From positions 1 through 36,318 of the forward strand of contig NW_021824696.1 in NCBI RefSeq assembly GCF_006345805.1: DNA of 36,318 nt, given 5' to 3'. A model generated the notes under the pieces. The model worked only from the letters and a program-made list of their open reading frames with translations, had not been told where the DNA came from and did not search any database. A program made the translations under genes and the position numbers. The first letter of the stretch is position 1. Every line of letters begins with the position of its first letter. Source of the DNA: Octopus sinensis. Taxonomy: Eukaryota. This document shows, one piece after another, positions 11,240 to 22,730 of the stretch.

Positions 11240-12433
11240 GAAATAAAGGTTTCAAATTTTGGTACAGGGCCAGCAGTTTTTGAGGAGAATTATTTTATCA
11301 ACCCCGCAAGAATGAAAGGCAAAGTCGACTTCAGCGGAATTTAAACTCAAAACATGAAGACAGACGAAATGGCGCTATGCATTTTTGTCCGGCATGCCTA
11401 CGATTCTGCCGGCACACCACCTAAATAATCCTTTCTACTATAGGTACAAGGCCTGAAATTTTAGGAGTACGAATAAGTCGATTTCATCAACCCCCTGTGC
11501 GTAACTGGTATTTATTTCATCAACCCCGAAAGGATGAAAGGCAAAGTCGACCTCGGCGGAATTTGAACTCAGAACATAAAGACGGGCGAAATACCGCTAA
11601 GCATTTCGCCCGGCGTGCTAACGTTTCTGCCAGCTCACCGCCTTAAGACTGATTTCAAATTCTGGTGCAAGGACAACTATTTCAGGGAAGTGGTTAAGTC
11701 ATTTAAATCAACTCCAGTGTTCGACTGGTATTTATTCTACCGACACCGAAAAGATAAAAATCAAAGCTGACCTCGGCAGGATTCGAACTCAGAAGGTGAA
11801 GACGAGCGAAATGCCGATGCGCTAACGATTCTTATTTCTTTACTGCCCACAAGGGGCTAAACACAGAGGGGACAAACAAGGACAGACAAACGGATTGAGT
11901 CGATTATATCGACACCAGTGCGTAACTGGTACTTATTTAATCGACCCCGAAAGGATGAAAGGCAAAGTCGACCTCGGCGGAATTTGAACTCAGAACGTAA
12001 CGGCAGACGAAATACCTATTTCTTTACTACCCACAAGGGGCCACACACAGAGGGGACAAACAAGGACAGACATAGGTATCAAGTCGATTATATCGACCCC
12101 AGTGCGCAACTGGTACTTATTTAATCGACCCCGAGAGGATGAAAGGCAAAGTCGACCTCGGCGGAATTTGAACTCAGAACGTAACGGCAGATGAAATACC
12201 TATTTCTTTACCACCCACAAGGGGCTACACACAGAGGGGACAAACAAGGACAGACAAACGGATTGAGTCGATTATATCGACTCCAGTGCGTAACTGGTAC
12301 TTAATGTATCGACCCCGAAAGGATGAAAGGCAAAGTCGACCTCGGCGGAATTTGAACTCAGAACGTAGCGGTAGACGAAATACCGCTAAGCGTTTCATCC
12401 AGAGCGCTAACGATTCTACCTGCTCGCTGCCTT
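11240..12433 (-). mobile_element. Head-to-tail cluster of family M SINEs (three older monomers + one young trimer)
   Basis: Repeated GGTCGACTTTGCCTTTCATCCTTTCGGGGTCGAT..AAGTACC domain (resembles the MetaSINE central domain, from memory) behind a tRNA-like head. 184-bp units at 11833-12016 and 12017-12200, headed unit at 12201-12433. All copies on the same strand. Confidence 0.8.
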
Positions 12434-12716
12434 AATATTAACAGTAATAATAACAAGCAGGTTAACTTCCACCACAACTGCTCCCCATCCTTAATGAATG
12501 CGCTAATTAAGGAAAATCAATGAACAAACCTTAACGTTTCATGCTTAATTATAACCTCTTTTTTTATATGTTAATCCAACCGAATTTTCAAACTCGTTCT
12601 ATCCTACATGGAAAAGGCTGCAATGTATGTGTTATTTAGTATACAGGTACCAACCCACTCTAAAGTATTTTCTTTCAAGCCTATATTTATTATTCATAAT
12701 CAATGTCACTACATTC

Positions 12717-12719
<3 letters not shown>

Positions 12720-12754
<35 letters not shown>

Positions 12755-12781
12755 CATGTGTTTATATATATATATATATAT

Positions 12782-12866
<85 letters not shown>

Positions 12867-13215
12867 GATATGTATATATATGTGTGTGTATATATATGCA
12901 TATATATATATATATATATATATAATACATATATAAATATATGTATATATATACATACATACATACATACATACATACACGTGTATTTATCAATGTATGA
13001 ATATAGGTGTGTATATATGAGATATGTAGATGTAGATAGAGGGACAGATAGATAGAAAGACAGGCAGACAGGCAGGCAGGCAGACAAACAGACGGACGGA
13101 CGGACGGACGGACGGACGGACGGACGGACGGGAGGAAGGGTGGGAAGAAAGGAGGAAGGAAGGGAGGGAGGAAAGAAGGAAGGAAAGGAAGGAAGGAAGG
13201 AAGGAAGAAAGAAGG
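12720..13215. repeat. Compound microsatellite (GT)-(TA)-(GATA)-(TACA)-(GACA)-(GGCA)-(GACG)-(GGAA)
   Basis: Directly visible stepwise motif changes. Confidence 0.9.
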
Positions 13216-13356
13216 AAAATGATATCAATGCAGGCCAGTGAATATCTTGAAATAAATGCCACCAGACTTGGTCTTTCCTCCTCAACTCTAGACTTCCTGC
13301 ACAACACTGAGCTGAGCCCTATATCTCTCTACTGCAATAAATTGTACTGTTGCGCA

Positions 13357-13741
13357 GTGGAGGCGCAATGGCCCAGTGGTTAGGGCAGCGGACTCGTGGC
13401 CATAGGATCGCGGTTTCGATTCCCAGACCGGGCGTTGTGAGTGTTTATTGAGCGAAAACACCTAAAAGTTCCACGAGGCTCCGGCAGGGGATGGTGGTGA
13501 TCCCTGCTGTACTCTTTCGCCACAACTTTCTCTCACTCTTACTTCCTGTTTCTGTTGTACCTGTATTTCAAAGGGCCGGCCTTGTCACTCTCTGTGTCAC
13601 GCTGAATATCCCCGAGAACTACGTTAAGGGTGCACGTGTCTGTGGAGTGCTCAGCCACTTACACGTTAATTTCACGAGCAGGCTGTTCCGTTGATTCGGA
13701 TCAACCGGAACCCTCGTCGTCGTAACCGACGGAGTGCTTCC
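13357..13741 (+). mobile_element. Family R SINE (body type 1) with 11-bp target-site duplication
   Basis: Full-length copy. ACTGTTGCGCA at 13346-13356 and again at 13749-13759. Confidence 0.9.
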
Positions 13742-13914
13742 ATATCCCACTGTTGCGCAATACCACAGCATTGCACTACATTCCCACACTCATCTACGAC
13801 GTCACATTATTGTACAACAGTTTGGCAAAATACCATTCACCACATTACACCGCGTTATTTCAGAACGTCACTACAACTTTGATCATAAATCGGATCGATT
13901 AGGGCTGACATGAA

Positions 13915-14760
13915 GCTAAACAACAATAAGAAGAAAAAAATAGCAGCAACGGTAATTACAGGAGCAACAACAACACTAACAACAACAATAGCAACAACAA
14001 CAACAACTACAACAACAACAACTACAACAACAACAACTGCAACAACAACAACAACCACACCTACAGTGACAATGCCCAGCAAAAATGGTAATAGGGGCAA
14101 CAACCGCTACATCAAAAATAACGGTAGCAATGATGTCAACAACATCGAAAAACGACAGCAATAAAAACTGCAAAACAACAACCACAATAACAATAACAAT
14201 AGGAGTAACGACAAGGGAATAACAAGAGCAGTGACAACAACAACAAGAACGACAACAGCTCAATGTGATCTGCTTTGATCGTTGCATATTCTCTTAAAAC
14301 TAAGAGTTGCTAAATAGTTTCTGATTTTAAAACATTTCCTTCGTCCCACGGCACTCAATTCTCCTTCAAACTCCACCCTTGCATCTTAAGCAAAAACAAA
14401 AATTATTGTATAATGTTGTCAAAGGTATAGTTTGCTAGAAAAAAAATTATGAAGAAATGGTCATAGGTTGAATGCTTTTAATCACAGGTCTATCTGGTTC
14501 ACTGTTAACCAAGGGCTACACATCAACATCAACAATAACAACCACGACTATCACCACCACCACAACGAAAGTGCTGCACCTTTTCTCACTAAAGATGAAA
14601 GACTTAGTTACAACCTCAATTTTGCATTTATATCTGATCCATAAAACCTTGATTTTTATTAACAATAGCAGCAGCAGTAACAACATAAATCGACTGCAGT
14701 AACAACAACAATAACAACAACAACAACAACAACAACAACAGCAACAACAACAACACAATC
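13915..14760. repeat. (CAA)n arrays interleaved with relics of an old (CAA)-tailed interspersed repeat
   Basis: Visible (CAA)n. A ~65-bp motif is duplicated at 14264-14326 and 14769-14833. Related degenerate segments lie near 11030-11225 (+) and 17360-17580 (-). Confidence 0.55.
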
Positions 14761-14856
14761 AATAACAGTGTGGTCTGCTTTGATCGTTGCTTGATCTCTC
14801 TTAAAACTGTGAGCTACTAAATATTTACTGATTCAGAAAGATACATGCCTGGGAGA

Positions 14857-14926
14857 TTACGTGACTTTACGTGACGTTACGTGACATTGCGTGATCTTAT
14901 GTATCATTATGTGACATTATATGACA
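14857..14926. repeat. 10-bp tandem repeat (TTACGTGACA-like) x7
   Basis: ttacgtgact ttacgtgacg ttacgtgaca ttgcgtgatc ttatgtatca ttatgtgaca ttatatgaca. Confidence 0.85.
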
Positions 14927-15312
14927 TTATAGGATGTTTTATGGCTGTCAAAATAAAACGAGCTAAGGGAATTAACTCAAATGTAGTCATGGCATATATT
15001 TGGGTACTCAAGTGAAAGGATGAAGTGTTGAATGGCGAGCGTAAAGAGAAAAATTCATAGTTAATTGAAATTTCGCATTTAATTGAAGAAAATGGGGGGA
15101 AAACATCTAACAGTAATTGTTAGTATTTCTCGAAGAAAAGGGGAGATGATATCAAATATTAACACTGTTTTGAGAGTCACATTCGGTTCTCAAACGTTTC
15201 CTATGACATATTTGGGAGCCATAATATGGCTCTCAAATCTGTGTTCAAATAAGGAAAGATAACTCTCTTGAACGTAGGAAATGAAATCTGTTAACACAAT
15301 TCAACATACGTA

Positions 15313-15450
15313 ATGAGACGAGTTTTACGTATGAAACGAGACGGATTTCATGTGTGAAATAAAACAGGTTTCATCCATGAGATGAAACTTGTTTCATCTC
15401 TGTAATGAAATAGGTTGCATCTATGAGTTAAGACAGACTTCGTTTACAAA
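15313..15450. repeat. Degenerate 23-bp minisatellite x6 with internal dyad
   Basis: Units start at 15313, 15336, 15359, 15382, 15405 and 15428. Best unit is ATGAAACTTGTTTCATCTCTGTA. Confidence 0.7.
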
Positions 15451-16869
15451 ATGAACCAACTTTGCGGCAAGAGGTGCAGATGAGGGCAGCTGCATCAAAC
15501 TCTCTCATGCACCAAATGTCAATTGCTAAAAAGCATTCGTGAAGTAAAATCATGTAGCAACACCAAATGGCCACAGCTCGTGAGCTGAAACTAGATGAAA
15601 TGAAATGAGGTTATATGTTAGACTTGTTTCAAGCTAAGAGTCATCGTTGTCTTCAAAATGTAGGAAAATCAGAATGTATTTGTGATATCAAAAATTTTAT
15701 GTTTCGTCTGTATTATAATAATTTATAATGCTGTGGAGGAATAAAGGAGAGAAAAACTACGAGGAATCAGAAACGATGGGAAGTGATGTCACGTCAAGAA
15801 GAGGCCTGTTCAAATGGCATCTTTTCTTCACGGTGCATCGTGCTGGACAGACGTTTTTTTTTTGTATGATTTTCAGGGAGTAGTTCATTCTAGCCAGAAG
15901 CTCGGATAGAGGGCACCTGGGGATACGACTGTTAAGTTTTGCTGGTTCCTATAACCCGACGTTTGGATTTACGGCTGCCGGTTGCATCTCGAACTAAGAG
16001 TAATCTTTATTTGTTTGAGTATTACACCCACAAATACTGACGACATATAAAATTATTTATTTGAAATGGAAAATATTCTTTGATAAAATAAGCATGAAAT
16101 TTATTAAAAGGAGAATATGTGGAAATAAACTACATAAATGTAATTTCATTGATTATAACTATTAGTATTTTTGAAATAAAAAGGAATGAAATCTGAGAAG
16201 CAAAAGAAGCCCTCAAATGCCTGACAAGTAATAAAAATTTTCCCGCGTCTTCAAAGTCCGATATATCTCCAGGTTTTTGTGATGTGTATATGTTTTCTTG
16301 AAAGGCATAATGAAAAGCAATTTAAATTACATAGGAAAACATCGTGAGTAACCTCATCTGATTTTGCCATCGATAGTGAAAGAGTTATGAATTATTTTCT
16401 CAAATTAATTGAGATGTTTAGGGTAAGAACAGTTTGACAAATGTTAGAAGGCAAATAAACCTTTTGGTCTACTGCACGTTATCGGTATTAGACAGTTTGA
16501 CCATGCCTGCAGATCAGTGGAATGAGTTTTACATATAAGAAAATAAATGAGAATATTTATGGCCGGAATAATTTCTTATATTCAGAAATAAAATTAGCTA
16601 AAGGAAATAATTCAAGAGTACCAATGACCAAAATTTGTATAATTAAGTTAAGTATGATATATTGGATCCACACACACACACACACACAAATAATTAAGTC
16701 TTTGCTTTTAGTTGGAGGAAGTAAGCAAAAACATACAGGTAAATGTTAAAGACTATCAAAAAACATTGAGGATACTTTCGAGGACTTCACAATTAATTTC
16801 TCAAAATAATTTATACATTTAAAGGAAGGAATTTTTTGATATTTGTTTGCAACAAAAGGTATAACAAGG

Positions 16870-16901
16870 GACATTTGTTTCGGTCTCTTAAACCTCATCA
16901 G
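16870..16901 (-). ncRNA. Hammerhead ribozyme core lacking a stem I partner
   Basis: Minus strand: CUGAUGA-GGUU[UAAGA]GACC-GAAAC-AAAU-GUC. All core nucleotides are present, but the sequence after GUC does not pair with the sequence before CUGAUGA. Confidence 0.5.
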
Positions 16902-17764
16902 AATAATGCAATCTAAAATAGTAAACAGAACAAGGAAGAGATTATTACATATAGGGAAAATGTTATAAATATTTGTGGCCTGTCTACTGTTTCCATATGA
17001 TAAATTCTGTCTAGATTCAGAATGTGTTTTTTTTTTTGGCGGTGGGGGGGTCGGTTTTTTTGTTTTTTTGTGAGTTATAACATATTTTATGTCTGATGAA
17101 CTATAGTATTTATATGACCAGACGATCTGCTAAATTTTGCAGCCAAATCACCATTAAATCACACGCTGAAAGAGAAAGAGATATATAGGATAATGTATTC
17201 GGAGATGCACTATGGCAAGCAAGCATAAAACAGGTTTGTCCTGGCTGGAACATCCTTTTAAGTCTAAGGCCGTCTGGTCGGTAAATAACAATTACATAAC
17301 TTAGTGTTGTTGTTGTTGCTGTTGCTGTTGCTGCTGCAACTTTTGTTGCTGTTGTTGTTGTTTAGTCTTTGGGCAGCTCTGATTGAGCGAGTTATAATCA
17401 AAGGTTTCCAAGTTGTGAATTCCAGTCTTGTTTTTTGAGGGAAAACAGTATATCCACGACTACAATGTTCAGAGCTCTTCCGTCTGTAAATACTGTAACG
17501 TGTAAATTGAAAGAGATTTCGCTGATATTTCGTGGCAGAGTAAGCAACAGCCATGAGATTTCTATGTTGATAACTTTGCTCTGGTTGTTGCTGCTGCTGC
17601 TGCTACTGCTGCTGCTGCTACTGCTGCAGTGGTCGTTGTCGTTTAGCCCCACAACATACAAGATTTATAAACATTTGTTACCACACGGTTTCATTTTCAG
17701 GAATAACGTAACTAAAATTATATTACTGAGTGTGCCCTTCAATTTTTTAACGTTTTTCTGAAGT

Positions 17765-18554
17765 CGGTGGATTTACAAGATATAGCCCTCCCCCTCCCCG
17801 ATCATTACAGATCCTCTCCATATTTAACAGTTGGAAGAAAGCAGTCTGGGTCGAATGCTTCTTTTGGCTGTCTCCACACGCATAATCGGCCGGTGGTCGG
17901 AAATAGGGTAATGGATGACTCGTCCGAGAAAATAATTTTCTTCCACTGCTCTAGGGACCAATTCTCTAGGTTTTTACTCCACTCTAAACACTTTGCAACA
18001 TTCGTTTTTGAAAGTAGTGGTTTTCTGATTGCAGCCCTCCCGTGAAATCCGGCTTTGTGCAGCTCCCGGCGAACAGTATTTTCTCTTTTTTGTGAAACTG
18101 GGTTCTCGACGTGGTCATTAAGCTCTGCAGTAATTTTGGGAACTGTAATTTTGTGATCTTTTCTAAAAATTCGCGTGAGAGTCCGACGGTCTCTATCTGA
18201 AAGTTTTGGTTTTCTTCCTGAGTTTTGTTTCGACGAGGAGGTTTTTCCCTCTTCTCTTTCTCAAAGGCTGTCATTACTTCGAGACAGTAATTCTTGATAC
18301 ACCAAACATTTCGGTTATTTTCGTTGCGCTAGCGCCTGTCATACGAGCACCAACAATTTGACCTCTTTTATTTTTATGAATTTTAATTAACTTTTTCTGA
18401 TGATATCTGAAAAGAAACATCAATTTTAGCAAAACATATTAAGCAACACTAATAATAAAACATAAAAATAAACAAGCTTTTGATGGTTTTATAAATATTT
18501 CAAAATTATGATGCTTCGGATGCTAGATGTTTCCATTATTTTGTTCAACCCCTG
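17765..18554 (-). mobile_element. Tc1-family DNA transposon, 5' part with degenerate transposase
   Basis: Minus strand: TA followed by TIR-like CAGGGGTTGAACAAAATAATGGAAACA. Translation with frameshifts: KRGQIVGARMTGAS...TVSKVMTAFEKE/KTSSSKQNSGRKPKLSDRDRRTLTRIFRKDHKITVPKITAELNDHVENPVS/TVRRELHKAGFHGRAAIRKPLLSKTNVAKCLEWSKNLENWSLEQWKKIIFSDESSITLFPTTGRLCVWRQPKEAFDPDCFLPTVKYG. Includes the first catalytic D. 3' half absent. Confidence 0.9.
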
Positions 18555-18556
18555 TA

Positions 18557-18681
18557 TATTTGTGTGTGTGTTTGTCCCCTCACCGTTGCTTGACAACCGA
18601 TGTTGATGAGTTTACGCCCCTGTAACTTAGCAGTTCAGCAAATGAGACCGCTAGAATAGGTACTAGGCTTGCAAAGAATAA
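18557..18681 (+). mobile_element. Family C SINE internal fragment
   Basis: GTGTGTGTTTGTCCCC...GCTTGACAACCGATG...GTAACTTAGCAGTTC...GAATAGGTACTAGGCTTGCAAAGAATAAG matches the other copies. Confidence 0.7.
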
Positions 18682-20140
18682 GGTACATTTACGCCTACTT
18701 GCGCATCGCTTGTTATGGAGTTCTTAAAACAGAAGTTGTACCAAGACGTGGAGACCATATTCAACATTGACTTTGTCCGACATATTGAATCTTCATGAAA
18801 ACGTTATTTATATTTATCATATGGAAAAAAAGTTTGATGAAGCCCTGGGAGAATTTTCTAGTATTTTATATAAACCACACAGTTCACAAGAAAGACAAGT
18901 AATTATGAATTGGTTTTTCTAAGTATTCTAATAATTAAAAATAGAACCCATATAAAAACTGACATTTTTTACATCGATATGCATCAATATTTAAATTTCA
19001 GTTCCTACCACCAGATTTATTCACAAATAATATGCCATGCTGTCTAAATCGGAAAGCATGTACAATAACTGAAGTCTACGAAACAATCGCCTGCAAGAGC
19101 TGGAAGGATTCATAACTGCCCAAGAATATATGCAAAAGACAAATAAACCCCATGCAACAACTCCGTAAGATACCCCTTATAACACATGACACGTGCAGTT
19201 TGCGGTTTTTTTGCCGTAGCAAGAGCAAATATGACGCTCCTTGTACAGAGTTCACTACTGCATTAATCTCTATATATAAAGCTGAAGTTGTCTGCGTATG
19301 GCAGGTTTGGTAGCCTTCAACTAACATTATCTCCTCCGAGACCCTGCGGCGTAAGTTGACCAAAATTGAGAGCCTGATAGAAGAAGGCTTGCTCTTTATT
19401 CTGTAGAAAACAAAATTCAAATCGGACCATGTTAAGACCAAAAGTTATTTAGATCAAAAAGGTGATTTTTTTTTTCTATGAAAATCCCTATTTTTTACGA
19501 TATTTTTGACTGCTGTGTTGCCATTTTTCGGTGTATTTCAACCAGAAAAATATTCACTTAAAGAGAATAATAACAAGCTACATAATGTAAAATTTTTACT
19601 TTTCAAAAATTCAATTCTAAAAGGTCGAAACAAACCCGAGCAACGCCGGGTGATACTGCTAGTTAATCGATAAAGTAAACACAATTCGAAGAGAATGACA
19701 GGAAAATGTTAAACTATTATTGAGTCCAGCAAAATTCGACAAGGACAAGGATAGGTGGTACCTGAAGTGCAAGTCTATAATAACGGTTGATTCGGTACTT
19801 AGTGAGATATTAAAAGCAGTAGTGAATTACATACAAAATCCGGTACCACAATATATCCAAAAGCTGATACCATTTGTAAAAACAAAAATCTTATATATAC
19901 CATTGAATGAAGCCATTGCAAAATTATTTATATTGGATAAACATGAAATGCGTTGACTGAGAGGGTGCGGATGCACTGGCAACACATAACACAACCGCAG
20001 TACAAAAAGTATTCTGTTAAACAAACAGCTGGATAATTGTAGTGGACGAACTTTTACCATTTGGGGGTTTTCTTTAATGAATAGAAGGTCCATTAAAGAG
20101 AAATACTCTATTGAAAAACTCAAATGTAAGTTATTAATGT
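18682..20140 (+). mobile_element. Decayed Penelope-like element (RT C-terminal part + GIY-YIG endonuclease), split by a Helitron
   Basis: 18682 onward reads GTFTPTCASLVMEFLKQKLYQDVETIFNIDFVRHIESS*KRYL (cf. PLE GTxMAPxYAxLxM...WKRYLDD), then KTDIF..DMHQYLNFSSYH..NNMPCCL. At 19887 onward: NLIYTIE*SHCKIIYIG*T*NALTERVRMHWQHI (GIY-YIG). Many stops and frameshifts. Confidence 0.85.
19267..19662 (+). mobile_element. Non-autonomous Helitron, subfamily B
   Basis: A|TCTCTATATATAAAG...CCCGAGCAACGCCGGG-TGATACTG-CTAG|T. Same 3' hairpin and terminus as subfamily A but a different interior. Confidence 0.85.
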
Positions 20141-20779
20141 ACATTAGACATTATTAATAAGAGCATTTAGCCTAAATTCACAGGCTGCACTAGTAATCTT
20201 TTGTTAGTGAGGCTACAACGATGCTATTCACTGGAAACTTTTATAACAGAAAATATGAAAATACGAGTGAATTGTGATTATATGCTTAAAATCTGACTAT
20301 GCTGGAATTTTTGGCAGCATAAGTTTTCCAATACAAAATTGTTCTAATATAAATAAAACATAAATGGAAATGCAATGAACAAAAATAAAACTAAAAATAC
20401 AACACAGAAATAACAAGTTTTAACAGATATTATATTAATTAAACGATTAAAAAGGAAAAGGAAAGAGTCATAACCTTTCGGACGTTAGTCCTTCACCAGG
20501 AGATAGTATAGGAAGAATGTGAAAAGAGAAAAGCGGATGAGAAGGGGAAAAAACGAGTGAGGGGTTAGGAACGTAGTCGAATGTAATTCTATAGGGGGAG
20601 TTAAGAGAGAGTAGGAGAAACCAGTTAATTTTCGTCGGGAATATCATTGTTCTTCCCCACATCAGTTATCTATAGAATACCAAGATAGAAGTAACTATCG
20701 TTTCTAATAATTATTTCCTTCTTGTTCTAGCAACACTTTTTTTTTATTTCTTTATTGCTGATGATGGTGGTGGTTCCTG

Positions 20780-20980
20780 ATGTAGGTACAAGACCAGCAA
20801 TTTTGAGGAGAATCAGTAGATCACAGCATCTCTGTTCTTGATTGATTCTTTATTTCATCAATCACTGAAAGAAAGGTTGAGTCAACGCCGGTGAGATTTG
20901 ATCTCAGAACCTAAAGACCAGTAACAAATACCGCATATTATTTTGTCCCACACTCTACCGATTCTGCCAGCTCAGCGTCG
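20780..20980 (-). mobile_element. Old family M SINE relic
   Basis: Diverged match to the 11240-11643 monomers (GATTCTGCCAGCTC head, CTCAGAAC, GTACAAG.CCAGCAATTTT tail). Confidence 0.55.
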
Positions 20981-20999
20981 TTGCATTCCATAAGTCAAT

Positions 21000-22033
21000 G
21001 TAACCAACATACACCCATTAATATCCTTCTACCTATACACCCGCAAATATCATTCCAAATATATACCCATAAATATCCTTCTGCCTATATGAAGGGGTGC
21101 TGAAAAGCTCCTGACTTTAAGGGTATCGCGAAAAGCCTGGTTAGAGGCCCAGCATTCTGCGCTCTTTTACAGGGCTTAGAAAAAGTGCAACAACTGTGTG
21201 AATCTGAGAGGAAATATGCTGAATAAAATTATAATTGACTGATCCTCCTGTATTTTCTTCTATTCAAAGCAAGGAATATTTCAGCACCTCTCACACACCT
21301 ACAAATACCCTTCCATATAAACACCCATAAGTATCAGTCTACCTTATATAACGCTAAATAACCTTCTAAATATAAATATCTTTCTAATTATACACTCACA
21401 AATATTTTTCCACAGGCGTGGCTGTGTGGTAAGAAGCTTCTTTCCCAACTACATGATTCTGGGTTCAGTCCAACTCCGTGGCACCTTGGGTAAATGGCTT
21501 CTACTATAACCTCGGGTCGAACAATGTTTTGTGGGTGGATTTGGTGGACGGAAACTGTGGGAAACATATCGAATATATATATGTGTTTTGTGTGTGTGTG
21601 ACTTTATGTGTGTTTGTCCTATCAACCGGCGTTGGTGCATTTACGTCCCCGTAAACTAGCTGTTCGACAAAAGAGATTCATAGAATAAGTACTAGGCTTA
21701 AAAATAAGTCCTGCGGTCGATTTGTTCGACTACAATCCTTCTAGGTGGGGCTCCATCATGGCTGCAATCAAATGACTGAAACGAATAAAAGAATAAAAGA
21801 ATGAAAGAATATACACCCGTAAATATCTTTCCACCTATACACCTGCATCTATCTTTCTATAAATACATTCGTACATATCCTTGAATTTATACACCCGTAA
21901 ATATCTTTTTGATATATACATCTTCAAATATCCTTGTATTTATAAACCCGTGAATATCTTTCTGCATACACACCCATTAATATCCTTCTGTCTACACACC
22001 CGTAAATATCATTCTAACTATATACCCATAACA

Positions 22034-22106
<73 letters not shown>

Positions 22107-22537
22107 TTCGAGACAAAACCACTATTTTGCAAACAAACAAGGAAGACTTAATCAAGACATAAACATTTTTAATATAAAGAATTATTATTCCCTAATATTT
22201 ATTATTATTATATATATTATATATATATACGGCAATAAGAAAATGGATGGGACGCCCTCACATATACACCAGTAAATATCCTTCAAGATATATATACCAG
22301 TAAATACCCTACGAAGAATACACCCGTAAATATCTTTCAACATATACATCTAAAATATCTTTGACCCTTCTATATATAAAGACGTAAATATATTTCAACA
22401 TAAACACCCGCAGGTGATCTACCAACGCACCCGTAAATATGTTCCTCCAATACACCAGTAAAATAGCATATACATATATATACCCGTAAATATACTTTTA
22501 CATATACATGCATCCATAAATAATCTATACATACCCG

Positions 22538-22597
<60 letters not shown>

Positions 22598-22697
22598 CGT
22601 AAATATACTTCTACATGCATCCATAGATAATCTATACATACCCGTAAATATATATATATATATCCGTAAATATACTTCTACATATACATACCCGTAA

Positions 22698-22730
<33 letters not shown>

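Noticed and set aside
11833-12433. Regular 184-bp repeats as CRISPR or satellite
   Set aside because: No unique spacers. Units are SINE-derived and the context is eukaryotic.
17092-17130. CTGATGAA-CTATA..TATAT motif as a hammerhead
   Set aside because: No GAAA after the putative stem II and the stem is imperfect. Other CTGATGA hits (near 10990, 18397 and 20758) lack stem II altogether.
19263-19667. TTAAT direct repeat around the Helitron as a TSD
   Set aside because: Overlaps the conserved A|TC and CTAG|T termini. The other two copies show no such duplication, so it is coincidence in AT-rich DNA.
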